DNA from: an uncultured Planctomycetia bacterium
Lineage (GTDB): Bacteria > Omnitrophota > Gorgyraeia > 2-02-FULL-51-18
Direction of reading: 5' to 3'
Length of the DNA: 64,000 nt
Assembly: GCA_964373505.1 (NCBI GenBank)
Contig: CAYJVC010000002.1
Span: 12,352-76,351, forward strand
Part shown: positions 17,316-27,720 of the stretch, one piece after another
How positions within the stretch are numbered: the first letter of the stretch is position 1
Layout of the letters: every line of letters starts with the position of its first letter
Translations under genes and position numbers: made by a program
The notes under the pieces: model-generated
The model's database searches: none
What the model saw: only the letters and a program-made list of their open reading frames with translations
Told to the model about the DNA's origin: nothing

Positions 17316-19760
17316 TCAAGAGACGGCCAGGGAAAATATTTTCTTGGGCACGTATTTTCTTTGGACTATTCTTTTTCCTTCAAGGGAAGCGATGACCTTT
17401 GCGTCCTTAAGCACCACAGCTTCGACCGCGGCCTCGTCCCAATCCGAGGAAACCGCGATCCTGGACCTTATTTTTCCATTGATCATGACCGCGATCTCGA
17501 CCACCGCATCTTCGATCAGCGCCGCGTCATACGCGGGCCATTTTTCGAAGCTTAGAGTTTCCTTGTGTCCGAGCAGCTGCCACAGCTCTTCGGCCAGATG
17601 CGGCGCAAAGGGCGACAGGATGAGCGCGAGTTTTTCCATCACGGACCGGGAGCGCACAACTTCCTTCGCCAGCTCATTCGAAAATATCATGAGCGCCGAG
17701 ATCGCCGTGTTGAGCTGCAGCGATTCGATGTCCTCGCCCACTTTTTTGATCGTGCGGTGCAGAAGCTTCTTGATATTTTCGCCCGGCGCCGACTCCTGTA
17801 TCGAAGGGTCCAACCGCCCGTCGCGGTCCGTGTAAAGCCTCCACACCCTGCCGAGAAATCGGTACACACCCTCGACGCCCTTCATCGACCAGGCCTTCAT
17901 CTGCGTCAGGGGCCCCATGAACATTTCATAAAGCCTCATCGAATCCGCACCGTAATTTTCTACGACAAAGTCAGGGTTGATCACGTTGCCGCGGGATTTC
18001 GACATTTTCTGACCGTCTTCGCCCAAGATCATCCCCTGATTCACCAGTTTCGTAAAAGGCTCCTTCGTGGACACAAAACCCAGGTCATAAAGAACTTTGT
18101 GCCAGAACCGCGAATAAAGAAGGTGGAGCACCGCGTGTTCCGCGCCGCCGACATAAAGATCCACGGGCATCCAGTATTTTTCCTTCGCGCGGTCGCAAAA
18201 AGCGCTCGGATTTTTCGCATCGAGATAACGCAGATAATACCAGCAGGAGCCGGCCCACTGGGGCATCGTGTTGGTTTCTCTCTGGGCCGGGCCATGGCAC
18301 TTCGGGCATTTTGTCTCTACCCAGTCATTCGCTTTTGCAAGCGGAGGCTCAGCGTTGCCAGTCGGCTTAAAATCCTTCATATCGGGAAGCTTTAGAGGTA
18401 GTTCGGCTTCACTCAAAGGCACGATTCCACATTTGGGACAATGCACTACCGGTATTGGCTCACCCCAATAACGCTGTCTTGAAAAAAGCCAGTCGCGAAG
18501 CTTGTAGTTTACACTCTTTTTACCCAAACCTTTCTCTGCCAACCATTCCGTGATTTTCTTTTTAGCTTCGGCCGTAGGAAGATTTGAAATAAAACCGCTA
18601 TTTACGTTCGTTCCGTCGCCGATATAAGCTTCTTTTGAAATATCTCCGCCCTTTACAACCTCGAGAATCTTGAGTCCAAACTTCTTCGCAAATTCATAGT
18701 CGCGCTCATCATGCGCCGGCACGGCCATGATGGCGCCCGTGCCGTAACTGGCGAGCACATAATCCGCGATCCAAATGGGAATTTTCTCATTGTTAACCGG
18801 GTTCACCGCGTAAGCGCCCGTGAACACCCCGGTCTTTTCTTTGGAGAGTTCTGTGCGCTCAAGCTCGCTTTTGGAAGCAGCTTTTTTTTGGTAGGTATCA
18901 ACGGTCTGTTTTTGTTCGGCGGTAGTAATTTTCAGAACCAGTTCGTGTTCCGGGGCCAGGACCATGTAGGTGGCGCCAAAAAGCGTGTCGGGCCGCGTCG
19001 TGAAAACGGGAATTGGCGAGTCTTTGGCCGCTTGGGAGGCGACCTTGAACTGCACAAGCGCGCCCTCGCTTTTCCCGATCCAGTTCTTTTGCATCTCTTT
19101 GATGGAGGCGGGCCAATTCACGAGCGAAAGGTCCTCAAGCAGCCGGTCCGCATACGCTGTGATCTTGAGCATCCACTGTTTCATCGGCCGGCGCACCACC
19201 GGGTGCCCGCCACGCTCGCTCTTGCCGTCGACCACTTCTTCGTTGGCGAGCACACAGCCCAGCGCCTCGCACCACCACACCGGCACTTCGGCGATATAGG
19301 CCAGGCCTTTTTTGTAAAGCTGCAGGAAGATCCATTGGGTCCATTTCACGTAGCCGGGATCCGTCGTGTCGACCTCGCGGTCCCAGTCGTAACTCAACCC
19401 GAGGCTTTGGATCTGTTTTTTGAAGGTTTGGATATTTTTCTGGGTCGTGACCGCCGGGTGCGTGCCGGTTTCTAACGCATACTGCTCGGCCGGGAGGCCG
19501 AACGCGTCCCACCCCATCGGGTGAAGCACGTGGAAACCCCGCATCCTCTTATAGCGCGAATAGATGTCGGTCGCCGTGTACCCTTCGGGATGCCCGACGT
19601 GCAACCCGGACCCAGAAGGATAAGGGAACATGTCGAGAACATAGATCTTCTTCTTGCCGCCGTTCTTGCCGGGGTCCTCGGCGCGGAATGTCTTATGTTC
19701 GAGCCAGCGCTTCTGCCATTTGGGTTCGATCCGCGCGAAAGGATAGAGAGATTCAGGCAT
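17316..19760 (-). CDS. leuS: Leucyl-tRNA synthetase
   Basis: 814 aa; class I HIGH region ([16 protein letters not shown]), KMSKS (QKMSKSRGN), CP1 editing domain and C-terminal anticodon-binding domain. Confidence 0.95.
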   Translation of the reverse strand: MPESLYPFARIEPKWQKRWLEHKTFRAEDPGKNGGKKKIYVLDMFPYPSGSGLHVGHPEGYTATDIYSRYKRMRGFHVLHPMGWDAFGLPAEQYALETGTHPAVTTQKNIQTFKKQIQSLGLSYDWDREVDTTDPGYVKWTQWIFLQLYKKGLAYIAEVPVWWCEALGCVLANEEVVDGKSERGGHPVVRRPMKQWMLKITAYADRLLEDLSLVNWPASIKEMQKNWIGKSEGALVQFKVASQAAKDSPIPVFTTRPDTLFGATYMVLAPEHELVLKITTAEQKQTVDTYQKKAASKSELERTELSKEKTGVFTGAYAVNPVNNEKIPIWIADYVLASYGTGAIMAVPAHDERDYEFAKKFGLKILEVVKGGDISKEAYIGDGTNVNSGFISNLPTAEAKKKITEWLAEKGLGKKSVNYKLRDWLFSRQRYWGEPIPVVHCPKCGIVPLSEAELPLKLPDMKDFKPTGNAEPPLAKANDWVETKCPKCHGPAQRETNTMPQWAGSCWYYLRYLDAKNPSAFCDRAKEKYWMPVDLYVGGAEHAVLHLLYSRFWHKVLYDLGFVSTKEPFTKLVNQGMILGEDGQKMSKSRGNVINPDFVVENYGADSMRLYEMFMGPLTQMKAWSMKGVEGVYRFLGRVWRLYTDRDGRLDPSIQESAPGENIKKLLHRTIKKVGEDIESLQLNTAISALMIFSNELAKEVVRSRSVMEKLALILSPFAPHLAEELWQLLGHKETLSFEKWPAYDAALIEDAVVEIAVMINGKIRSRIAVSSDWDEAAVEAVVLKDAKVIASLEGKRIVQRKYVPKKIFSLAVS

Positions 19761-19962
19761 GGAAACGGGTCAATCGGGCATTTTTTTGAACCGGATCGAC
19801 CAGAGCTCTTTGTAAAATTTTCTTGATCCGGTCCCTGTCTTTTTTGGGAAAATAATACATGTCCTCGCTGTCCAGGCTGTAGAGACTGAGAAGGTAGACG
19901 TCGATCTCCTCCTGGAGCGAATGCGCGATCTTCGTTATGAATTCATTGGGTAAACGGCTCAT
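19753..19962 (-). CDS. Small hypothetical protein (69 aa) between tRNA-Leu(CAA) and leuS
   Basis: ATG 16 nt downstream of the tRNA; stop overlaps the leuS start by 8 nt; Leu-rich stretch [10 protein letters not shown]; no SD, AT-rich. The coding status is uncertain. Confidence 0.3.
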   Translation of the reverse strand: MSRLPNEFITKIAHSLQEEIDVYLLSLYSLDSEDMYYFPKKDRDRIKKILQRALVDPVQKNARLTRFHA

Positions 19963-19978
19963 ATTATTTTAATTAAAG

Positions 19979-20062
19979 TGCCGGAGGTGAGAGTCGAACT
20001 CACAACCCCGTAAGGGGATCGGTTTTTGAGACCGACGCGTATGCCAATTCCGCCACTCCGGC
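19979..20062 (-). tRNA. tRNA-Leu (anticodon CAA)
   Basis: Hand-folded 84 nt: GCCGGAG-UG-GCGGAAUUGGCAUACGCG-UCGGU-CUCAAAA-ACCGA-long variable arm-GUGAGUUCGACUCUCAC-CUCCGGC-A; anticodon loop CUCAAAA gives CAA; no encoded CCA. Confidence 0.8.
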
Positions 20063-20143
20063 CGAAGGCCCGCCGCGTTTTGTGGCGGGCTAAATCAATT
20101 AAGGCAGCTCTCCTCCGCTAAAGCTTCAAAGAGCGAAGTAGAA

Positions 20144-20216
20144 TGGACCTGGCCGGGATCGAACCGGCTACCTCTTCAATGCCATTGAAGCGCTCTACCA
20201 AGTGAGCTACAGGCCC
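20144..20216 (-). tRNA. tRNA-Ala (anticodon GGC)
   Basis: GGGCCUGUAGCUCACUUGGUAGAGCGCUUCAAUGGCAUUGAAGAGGUAGCCGGUUCGAUCCCGGCCAGGUCCA; G3:U70 identity pair; anticodon loop AUGGCAU; encoded CCA. Confidence 0.9.
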
Positions 20217-20230
20217 GAGAAAATGCGGTC

Positions 20231-20259
20231 ACTATAACACAATCTAAAAGTGAATTCAA
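20231..20259 (-). promoter_or_regulatory. Sigma70-like promoter for the tRNA-Ala / tRNA-Leu / leuS transcription unit
   Basis: Minus strand TTGAAT-17 nt-TATAGT about 15 nt upstream of the tRNA-Ala 5' end. Confidence 0.45.
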
Positions 20260-20267
20260 AAATAAGG

Positions 20268-21020
20268 CTAGAATGCCCCTATCAGGAAGCCGGCGGTCAT
20301 CATGGATGCGGCGCCGGCCCCGGCCGCGATCACGGTGGAGCGCGGATGGTGTTTGAAGACCTCGCTCAGGAGCGCATGCAGCACGAGAAAAATAAAGCTC
20401 CCCGCCACGTGCCCCAGCACGAAACCCACCCAGCGGTCGGCCTCATGGATCAACACAAAAAATCCCGACAGTCCTCCCGCGAGCGTCGTCACGGACTCCA
20501 GGCCCAGACAGAACAGGAGCGCCTGCCCGCGGCCGAGCCCCGATTCCCGGGCCACGAGCGTCAGCGCAAGCCCTTCGGGCAGCTTATGGAACGCCACGGC
20601 CAGCAATATCAAGGCCCCACTCTGCGCCGTAGCCAAATAACCGCTGTAGATCGCCAGGCCATCCATAAAACTGTGGATGGAAAGTGCTGTGACCATCGCG
20701 ATCGTGATCGCCTTGAAATTAACCTCGGTGTGCGTGGCTGAACAGGCAGGGCAAATATGGAAAATGAATCGGGTGACAAGCGCGAACAGAACATAACCCG
20801 ATGCGACGCTTAAAATTCCGCCGAGCCAGCCCGCAATCTCGAACGCCTCCGGTAAAAGATCAAACACTGCCACCGCCAGTAGCGCACCGGCCGCAAACGA
20901 AATAAGAAGGCAAAGACCCCAGTGGCTTATTTTCTTAAAGCTCACCGCGATCAAAGCGCCCATCGCCGCCATCAGGATGGCGGCCATAAGCCTGACGAGG
21001 ATCAACTGCCAAATATCCAT
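20268..21020 (-). CDS. zupT: ZIP family divalent metal transporter (ZupT-like)
   Basis: 250 aa, 8 TM; conserved ZIP motifs HSFMDGLA and HKLPEGLAL. Confidence 0.85.
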   Translation of the reverse strand: MDIWQLILVRLMAAILMAAMGALIAVSFKKISHWGLCLLISFAAGALLAVAVFDLLPEAFEIAGWLGGILSVASGYVLFALVTRFIFHICPACSATHTEVNFKAITIAMVTALSIHSFMDGLAIYSGYLATAQSGALILLAVAFHKLPEGLALTLVARESGLGRGQALLFCLGLESVTTLAGGLSGFFVLIHEADRWVGFVLGHVAGSFIFLVLHALLSEVFKHHPRSTVIAAGAGAASMMTAGFLIGAF

Positions 21021-21192
21021 AATTTAAAATGGAGCCCCCCGCGCAAGCGCAAGGTACCTTTTTGATTCTCCTTCGCTCGCCTGCGGCGAGCTTCGGAGAA
21101 TCCGTCCTTCGCCGGGGGGCGGAATCCGCCGAAGCCGCCTGTGGAAACGCCTTCATCCACGGTTAAGGTCGGGGTTTTCGGCGAAGGCGGAT

Positions 21193-21214
21193 AAAAAAAG
21201 GCGGCTACGCCGCC
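21193..21214 (-). terminator. Intrinsic terminator downstream of the DUF2934 gene
   Basis: Minus transcript GGCGGC-GUA-GCCGCC followed by UUUUUUU, 47 nt after the stop codon. Confidence 0.65.
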
Positions 21215-21261
21215 TGTCGTAAACAGAGCTCATTCGAAAAAAGATGTGGGATGAAGGGCTT

Positions 21262-21441
21262 TTAGGACCTTCGGCTTTTCACAATCGCCGCAGCTCGGTA
21301 CCAGTCTTCCTGATCGTAGCCGTGCTGGCAGCTGCGTTCGATAAAAAACTGGTAGGCGAGCTTTTCAATTTCCCGCTGCTCGTCGTACTGCGACTCACTG
21401 CGATTGGCTCCGCTTTTTTTGGCGGTCGCGGTTCTGGCCAT
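21262..21441 (-). CDS. DUF2934 family small protein (59 aa)
   Basis: Own translation (MARTATAKKSGANRSESQYDEQREIEKLAYQFFIERSCQHGYDQEDWYRAAAIVKSRRS); carries the DUF2934 signature I-E-x-AY-x-W-x-x-G-x-P-x-G-x-D-x-EDW-x-x-AE. AAGAGGTGA SD upstream. Absent from the ORF track (below 60 aa). Confidence 0.65.
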   Translation of the reverse strand: MARTATAKKSGANRSESQYDEQREIEKLAYQFFIERSCQHGYDQEDWYRAAAIVKSRRS

Positions 21442-21485
21442 GATTCACCTCTTGACCCCTATATTTGCAGATTCGCCCCAAAAAA

Positions 21486-24400
21486 TCAAGGACTAGCCGT
21501 TTTCAGGAAGGCCTCGTCCAGCATTCGCTCGGCCTCGGTAAAATCGTCCGCGAGATACGGGAATTCCGCCGTGTCGTCGAGAGACGAAAAATAAAGCATG
21601 CCTTTGACCGGAAATTCTCCGTAAAGCCGTCCGAAAACCAGCGCATAGAGCAAAAGCTGGACGCGGTAAGTTTCGGCGGCTGCTATTTTGCCGGCGGGCT
21701 CAAGGCGGTTCGTCTTGTAATCCAGAAGCATCCACTTCCCCTCCCGGCTCTGCAATACGAGATCGATCTGGCCTTTTAGCACGCCGTGCCGGGTCTGGTA
21801 AATGAAAGGAAGCTCGGGGTAGCATCTTCGGGCCTGCCGAACCAGGGCCCCCAGGGGCCCCCGCCAAAACTTAAGCACGCTTTGTTTCATTTCCTCTTTT
21901 TCCGCCACGCCGAGGGTATCTAAAAACGGCAGATCAAATAAGCGGTTCCGGACTGTTTTGGGCCTTTCCGTCGCGAGGTTCTGCATCAGCTTGTGATACA
22001 GCACTCCGAATTCGTTTCGGGGTGTCTGGGACTCTTCCCGGTCGGTACCCAGCACTCTGTCCTCCTCGAAACCGGCGGACGCCCGTTCCGGACCTACCAG
22101 CGACTGCATCAAAACATCGGTGACCGTAAGATCCTGCGTGTGGGTGTAATCCTTAAGGACCGGTTCGAACCTTTTTCGGTAGTCCACGGGCTCCCGGCCC
22201 GGCCGTGGCGACTCGGGGTCTATCCGGACACCAAGCTTTAGAGCTTTTTCAACCGACACGGACGTGGGATCCATTCCGACCTCCCTAAGCCCCAACCGGT
22301 CGGCCAAAAGCGGATCCGGTGCGGCTCCCGATCCGGAATAAACGGTGGGTTTTATTATTTTAAAACGCACTCCTCCGCACTCCACGAGCGGATCTGTGGA
22401 TTCAAGCGCCTGGGTGCCCACGACAGACATGAGCTTCTCCATCCAGGTGTCGTCCTTCAGACGCGGGCGCGCCGGAAGCGACCCTGAAAATATCAAATGC
22501 TCTTTGGCGCGGGTCATCGCGACATACAAAACGCGGCTATCCTCTTCCGCCCGGCGTTCACGCAGCTGGGATTCAATTTGTGTGTAGGTGTAGTCGGGGA
22601 TGCGTTTGCGGGTCACGGGATCCGGCCATTTCATGCCCAGGCCTGTTTCCTTCGTGGACAATATGACCGGCAAGGAGTTCTCTCGTCGCTCGGCCCCCAT
22701 GTCGGCGATGATCACGCAGGGGAATTCAAGCCCCTTGGCGGCATGGATCGTGGAAACCGTCACGACATCACCGTCCCCGCTTTCGATCTGCGCTTCGGCC
22801 TCCATGAGCTCCTCTTCCGAAATGCCCCGGATTGCGCGAACGAAGTCCCCCACGCCCAGGATCTCCCTTTCTTCCAGGGAGCTTGCGATCTCGACGAATT
22901 TCAGGACATTGGCGATTTTCTGCCTTCCTTCTTTTTGAGCCAGTAGCTTTGCCTCATACTGCGTCCGGGCGAATATTTCGCCGAGGAGCTCTGAGAGCTT
23001 CCTGCGGTCTTTCGAGAACCTCAAAGCCTCGATCCATTCACGAAACCGGCCGAGCGACTCCCGGTCCCGGCCGGAGATCTCCTGTGCCTCTTCCAAACGC
23101 TCGAGCGCCTTCGAAAGAGGGGCTTGTTTATCCTCGCCTTTTGCGTGAAACGCCAGCCAAAAAAGCGCGTCGTCGCTCGCCGCGACAAGCGGCGAGCGCA
23201 GAACGCAGGCAAGCGCTATGTCGTCGTCGGGATCTTCCAAAAGCGTCAGGCAGCTCAAGAGATCCAGGATCTCCGGTTTTTCGTAAAAACCCTTGCCTTT
23301 CAATGCGTAGAATGGAATGCCCGCCTCCGAAAGCTCTCTTTCGTAAAGATGAGAGAAAGTGGTGCTTTTTAAAAGGATCGCAAAATCACGGTACTGGGCA
23401 GGGCGCGAAATCCCGTCTTTCCCCTCGAATCCGAGGCCCACGCTCACAAGCTCACGGATCCGCGCGGCGAGCGCCCGCGCCTCCAAAACGCGCGCTTTCT
23501 CAAGCGAGTCCGCGCGCACCTCGTCGCGGCGGATGCACAAGATCTCAAGCGCGTGGGATCTTTCTTCCGAGAACTTCTTGCCGGCTTCCAGAGGCAAAAA
23601 ACCTGAAGCGCCCGACACCGTCTTGAAAAAATGATTGACCCAAGAAAGGATCTCCCCCCGGGAACGGTGATTGCGGCTCAAAAAAACCTTCTCAAAATTT
23701 TTCCCGTTCTTTTCAGGCCCCAAAAGCCTTTGGAGCGCCAGAGGGTCCGCGTGACGAAAACCGTAAATAGACTGCTGCACGTCCCCGACGAAAAAAAGCC
23801 GATTGTCTTTTTTTAAATGATCGATGATGGCCGCCTGCAGGGAACTCGTGTCCTGGTATTCGTCCACCAAAACGCGGCTGAACAAACTCTGGTACCGGGA
23901 AAGAACGGCCCGGCACTGCGGCGCCGGGTCCGAAAATAACCGGTAAACCAGGTACACGAGGTCCTCAAAATCGTAAGCGGCCCTCTTCATTTTTTCGGAC
24001 TCGTAAAGCTCCTTGAAGCGGGAAACCATTTTCAGGAACTCGAGTTTCACGGGCCGGGTGATGTCTTCCATTTTTTTTTCTTCCGTGTACTGCGGACACC
24101 TGAAAATGCGCTTGTCATCGGCGCTCGCGCGTCCTAAACCGTAAAGAGTCCGAAGCCCGGCTCGGACGTTCTGTTCTCCAACTTCGGTGAGGATCGCGAG
24201 CCACGTTTCATTCTGGGTTTCCACTTCAAAAAGGCGATCTGTTACTCGGCTCATGAGAAGCTCCGTCTCCGCCTCGTTTAAGATCTGAAAGAACGGGTCC
24301 ACGCCGCTTTCGATCGGATTCTCCCTCAGAACCCGCGCGCAAAAACTATGGATCGTGCTGATCGAGGCGTTTTCAAGGCTTTGTCTGAGGGACGAGAGGC

Positions 24401-24650
24401 CCTTTTCCTCGCATTGCCGGACAACGCGTAATTTCATCTCATGCGCCGCTTTTTCCGTGAACGTGATCGCGAGGATCTTATCCGGCGCGACGCGTTCGCG
24501 AGTCACGGCATACAAAAACCGCTCGGCTAAGAGCGCTGTTTTACCGGAACCGGCGCCTGCGAAAACCACGAGGTCCCGTCCGAAACGGCGGATCGCCTCT
24601 TTCTGCTCCGCCGAATAACTCATGGCAGGGTGCGCAGGCGCTTTACTCAT
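21486..24650 (-). CDS. addA: ATP-dependent helicase/nuclease subunit A (AddA/RexA-like)
   Basis: 1054 aa; N-terminal UvrD/PcrA SF1 helicase motifs (GAGSGKT Walker A, DEYQDT), C-terminal PD-(D/E)xK nuclease (...DYKT...). Confidence 0.85.
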   Translation of the reverse strand: MSKAPAHPAMSYSAEQKEAIRRFGRDLVVFAGAGSGKTALLAERFLYAVTRERVAPDKILAITFTEKAAHEMKLRVVRQCEEKGLSSLRQSLENASISTIHSFCARVLRENPIESGVDPFFQILNEAETELLMSRVTDRLFEVETQNETWLAILTEVGEQNVRAGLRTLYGLGRASADDKRIFRCPQYTEEKKMEDITRPVKLEFLKMVSRFKELYESEKMKRAAYDFEDLVYLVYRLFSDPAPQCRAVLSRYQSLFSRVLVDEYQDTSSLQAAIIDHLKKDNRLFFVGDVQQSIYGFRHADPLALQRLLGPEKNGKNFEKVFLSRNHRSRGEILSWVNHFFKTVSGASGFLPLEAGKKFSEERSHALEILCIRRDEVRADSLEKARVLEARALAARIRELVSVGLGFEGKDGISRPAQYRDFAILLKSTTFSHLYERELSEAGIPFYALKGKGFYEKPEILDLLSCLTLLEDPDDDIALACVLRSPLVAASDDALFWLAFHAKGEDKQAPLSKALERLEEAQEISGRDRESLGRFREWIEALRFSKDRRKLSELLGEIFARTQYEAKLLAQKEGRQKIANVLKFVEIASSLEEREILGVGDFVRAIRGISEEELMEAEAQIESGDGDVVTVSTIHAAKGLEFPCVIIADMGAERRENSLPVILSTKETGLGMKWPDPVTRKRIPDYTYTQIESQLRERRAEEDSRVLYVAMTRAKEHLIFSGSLPARPRLKDDTWMEKLMSVVGTQALESTDPLVECGGVRFKIIKPTVYSGSGAAPDPLLADRLGLREVGMDPTSVSVEKALKLGVRIDPESPRPGREPVDYRKRFEPVLKDYTHTQDLTVTDVLMQSLVGPERASAGFEEDRVLGTDREESQTPRNEFGVLYHKLMQNLATERPKTVRNRLFDLPFLDTLGVAEKEEMKQSVLKFWRGPLGALVRQARRCYPELPFIYQTRHGVLKGQIDLVLQSREGKWMLLDYKTNRLEPAGKIAAAETYRVQLLLYALVFGRLYGEFPVKGMLYFSSLDDTAEFPYLADDFTEAERMLDEAFLKTASP

Positions 24651-27600
24651 TTTCGGAATAAACCAATCGCCAGGGCTCGAACCGGCAAACCGGGCTGAAC
24701 GAACAATACTGGCAGGACTTGGACTTCACGGAAATATCCGCACCTCTCAAGCGCCGCACGGCCTGCCCGACGCGCGCCTCGGTCTGGGAGAGCATGTTCT
24801 CAAACTCATCCGCGGAATAGGTTTTCCTTGAGTGATGAAGCCCCAGTTTCGCGCGCGCCGACTCGTAATACAGCCCTTCGCTCGAGGCGCTCGTCAAAAA
24901 ACGGAGCTCGCCGCCGATGATCTCAAGTCCGAGCAGTCGCCGAGCGGCTAAAAGATAAAGCGGAAGCTGAAGCTCAAGACCCTTGGCCAGTTTTTTCTGG
25001 ATCGTCACCGAACGCCTGGACCGCTTGTAGTCGGTGACGAGCGCCTGGCGCGACCCGGGATCCACGTCGATCCGGTCGATCTTACCCTCGATCAAAAATT
25101 CCTCCCCGCCGTCCCGGACCTTTAGGTCCCGGAACTCGTGTTCAAAATAAGTCGGCACAAGACCTCTTTCCTCGAACAGCGCTTTTTCTTCCCTGACAAA
25201 AAGAAGCAGGATCTGTTTCATATTCGTCTCATAGATCTTTTGGCGGTAAAGGGGCAAATAGCTGAAAGGGCTGCGCCGGATCTCCCGGTCGAGCCTTTCA
25301 TGAAGCGCCTTGAGCGCGCCGGAGTCGTCGCTCCACAAACGGCCGCTCGCGCGCTCCGCCTCGGGCGCTTCGCGGTAAAATCCCTCGAGCACCTTGTGAA
25401 GGACGTTCCCCATCTCCAAAAACTCGCGGCCTTCCATGGGCTCCCGAAGTCTAAGCACGCGGCCCGCAAAATATTTGAACGCGCAGGTGGCGAATGTCTC
25501 AAGCCTTGTCGGACTGAAGGGGCCTTCAGTCCCGGAGAAGATCTTGCGGATACGAGGATCTTGTATCCGGGCCTCTCCATCGGAAAAGCCCAAACGCAAC
25601 ACTTCCCGAAACTGCCGTTCGGCCAGTGAATCGTTGAGAGCCTGCAACACGGGCTCCGGCAGCGAAGAAGAGCGGGTTTGAAATAAGCTCTCCGACAAAC
25701 CCTGCATGACTTCGCGTGGTGTTTCCCATTCCCGCCACTCCGGCACGAGATCGCCGATGTCTTTTTTTACTTCCCGGATTTTTTCGAAACATTTCTTCAC
25801 TTCCTCGATGAAAAAAGAGGCGAGCGAAGGTTTCCCTTCGAGACCGTACTTCGGATGGCTCAGATACAGGCGCTCACGCGCCCGCGCGACGGCCATATAA
25901 AAAAAGAACCTTTCGCCGGTCACGCGCCTTGAGCGCTCTTCGAGCACGGTGTCGCGCGCGTTTATCACGCGCCGCTCGGCGTCTTTGAAAAGCGGGTCTT
26001 CGACGACGCCTTGAGGAAAAACTTTCTCAAGAAGCCCCGCCACAAATACGACCTTGTATTCTTTGGGAAGCGCCATCACGACGTCGTACACCTGCACCCG
26101 GTTCTTGCTCACGGGCCTCAAGGAAAAAAGGGCTGATTTGAGGGAGTCTTTCAGCTCTTTCACGAACGAGGCGCTGGAAAACAGCCTTTCCGAAGAACGT
26201 TGGTAGAACCGCCGCGCATTTTCCAGAATATCGGAAAGGGCGCTCAACATGTCCTCATCCGCGGGGTCCGGCGCCGCGGCCGAAGCCGGGCTTTTGAATT
26301 CATTAATCCATGAAAACACGCGGTCCACGAACAAACCCGCGCCGGCGGCTCCGAGAAACCCCTTTTCCATCGCCGATAATTTCTCGAACGCCCGGCGCAC
26401 CTGGGGATCCACGTCGGACGAGACAAGCTCTTCCCATTGCGCGCGGCCGGAAGTGATATTTTTTTGGAACGCGGCGGCCTCAAGCCTTAAGACTGCCCGG
26501 AGCGGCAGCGCAGGTGCGAAATAACTGGATTTCAAAAGGTAAAACAGGTCCTCCCGTTTCCAGTCCTCATCCATGAGGTTCAGGAACCGCCAGAGCGTGG
26601 CCACAAACCCGTGCTCGATCAGCTTTTCCCGCTCATGCACGACCACCGGGATGCCGAACTCAGAGAATACGGAGGCCACAAGCCGCTTGTAGACGCCTAC
26701 TTTTCTCAAGATCACGCAGATGTCGCTGTAATGGACCTGCGACTGTCGGTAAATTTTCTTTATCTCACGCGCGATCATCTCCACTTCGCCGCGAGGGCTT
26801 CGGGCCTCCATTAAACATAGCGCGCCGGGGCTGCCCGCGAAAACACGCGGCGCCTCCAAAAACAAATTTTCCTCAAGATGCCGGAGCGCCTTGTCCCTCG
26901 TGCGGCGGTTCTCCGCCGGCGCCCTTCGAAAGCGCTTGAAGCCCGCTTCGAGCAATGCCTGCCGGGTCCGGATCGGATAGTCGAACACCTGTGCGCGTTT
27001 TTCAGAATTCTCGGGAAGCGTCAAAGTCACGAGGATCCGTTCCGATACACGCGACAAATACCCGATAAACTTCCTCTGCGCGCGAGTGAAGTGATAAAAA
27101 CCGTCGAAGATCACAAGCTCCACTTTTCGCCGCGGCGCGGGTTGCTTGATGAGCCGCGCCATGGCATCTTCGGGCTCCTCTATGCGCATTTTGCGCAGCG
27201 ACGCTTCATACCGCTTCATTAAAACAGAAAAGTCCGTGAACTTGGACCTGAAAACGGCGTCTTTTAGAAGCCTGTGGGAGCGCTTCTCGAACTCGGCAAT
27301 GCCGAGGAAACCGCTCTTGAATTCCTTGATCGTGTCCACCAGAAGCTCGGAGAATCCGGTGAAGTCCCTCACCCTTTCGAAGCTGGGCAGCGGGCATTCT
27401 TTTTCCTGCAATATTTCCCCCAGCGCCCTTTTTCTAAGTGTGTCGCTGACAACGGAAATGCCCGGCGAGGAGTCGAGGGTCGATGCGAAATCATGGATGG
27501 TCAGGATGTGCGCATTGAAAAGCCCGGGGACGCCTTGTTTTAAGATAAGATTTTGGACGCGTTCGGCGTGCTCACGGCTTGGGAGAATAAAAAAAGAGCG

Positions 27601-27708
27601 GCTTTCGATACCGCTCTTGGATTCCAGTATTTTTCGTTTAAAAACTTCGATGCAGTGCGACGTCTTCCCGGTGCCGGGCCCCGAGTAAACCAGATCTAAG
27701 ACCGCCAT
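24643..27708 (-). CDS. addB: Helicase/nuclease subunit B (AddB/RexB-like) with Fe-S cluster
   Basis: 1021 aa; degenerate N-terminal P-loop (GPGTGKT), C-terminal RecB-like nuclease (TDYKRS) and terminal Cys cluster (CQYCSFSPVCRF). Overlaps the addA start by 8 nt. Confidence 0.8.
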   Translation of the reverse strand: MAVLDLVYSGPGTGKTSHCIEVFKRKILESKSGIESRSFFILPSREHAERVQNLILKQGVPGLFNAHILTIHDFASTLDSSPGISVVSDTLRKRALGEILQEKECPLPSFERVRDFTGFSELLVDTIKEFKSGFLGIAEFEKRSHRLLKDAVFRSKFTDFSVLMKRYEASLRKMRIEEPEDAMARLIKQPAPRRKVELVIFDGFYHFTRAQRKFIGYLSRVSERILVTLTLPENSEKRAQVFDYPIRTRQALLEAGFKRFRRAPAENRRTRDKALRHLEENLFLEAPRVFAGSPGALCLMEARSPRGEVEMIAREIKKIYRQSQVHYSDICVILRKVGVYKRLVASVFSEFGIPVVVHEREKLIEHGFVATLWRFLNLMDEDWKREDLFYLLKSSYFAPALPLRAVLRLEAAAFQKNITSGRAQWEELVSSDVDPQVRRAFEKLSAMEKGFLGAAGAGLFVDRVFSWINEFKSPASAAAPDPADEDMLSALSDILENARRFYQRSSERLFSSASFVKELKDSLKSALFSLRPVSKNRVQVYDVVMALPKEYKVVFVAGLLEKVFPQGVVEDPLFKDAERRVINARDTVLEERSRRVTGERFFFYMAVARARERLYLSHPKYGLEGKPSLASFFIEEVKKCFEKIREVKKDIGDLVPEWREWETPREVMQGLSESLFQTRSSSLPEPVLQALNDSLAERQFREVLRLGFSDGEARIQDPRIRKIFSGTEGPFSPTRLETFATCAFKYFAGRVLRLREPMEGREFLEMGNVLHKVLEGFYREAPEAERASGRLWSDDSGALKALHERLDREIRRSPFSYLPLYRQKIYETNMKQILLLFVREEKALFEERGLVPTYFEHEFRDLKVRDGGEEFLIEGKIDRIDVDPGSRQALVTDYKRSRRSVTIQKKLAKGLELQLPLYLLAARRLLGLEIIGGELRFLTSASSEGLYYESARAKLGLHHSRKTYSADEFENMLSQTEARVGQAVRRLRGADISVKSKSCQYCSFSPVCRFEPWRLVYSENE

Positions 27709-27720
27709 GCGGACGAAGGG

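Noticed and set aside
17565-18395. 276 aa plus-strand ORF (and several similar 100-260 aa ORFs at 18711-19475, 22832-23626, 36104-36784, 58380-59765)
   Set aside because: All lie antisense within strongly supported genes (leuS, addA, mnmE, nrdJ). Their translations are Arg/Pro/His-rich with no recognisable motifs, which is typical of shadow ORFs in GC-rich DNA.
19963-19978. T-box leader upstream of leuS
   Set aside because: The space between tRNA-Leu and leuS is occupied by a 69-codon ORF and is far too short and lacks the conserved T-box sequence; not a T-box.
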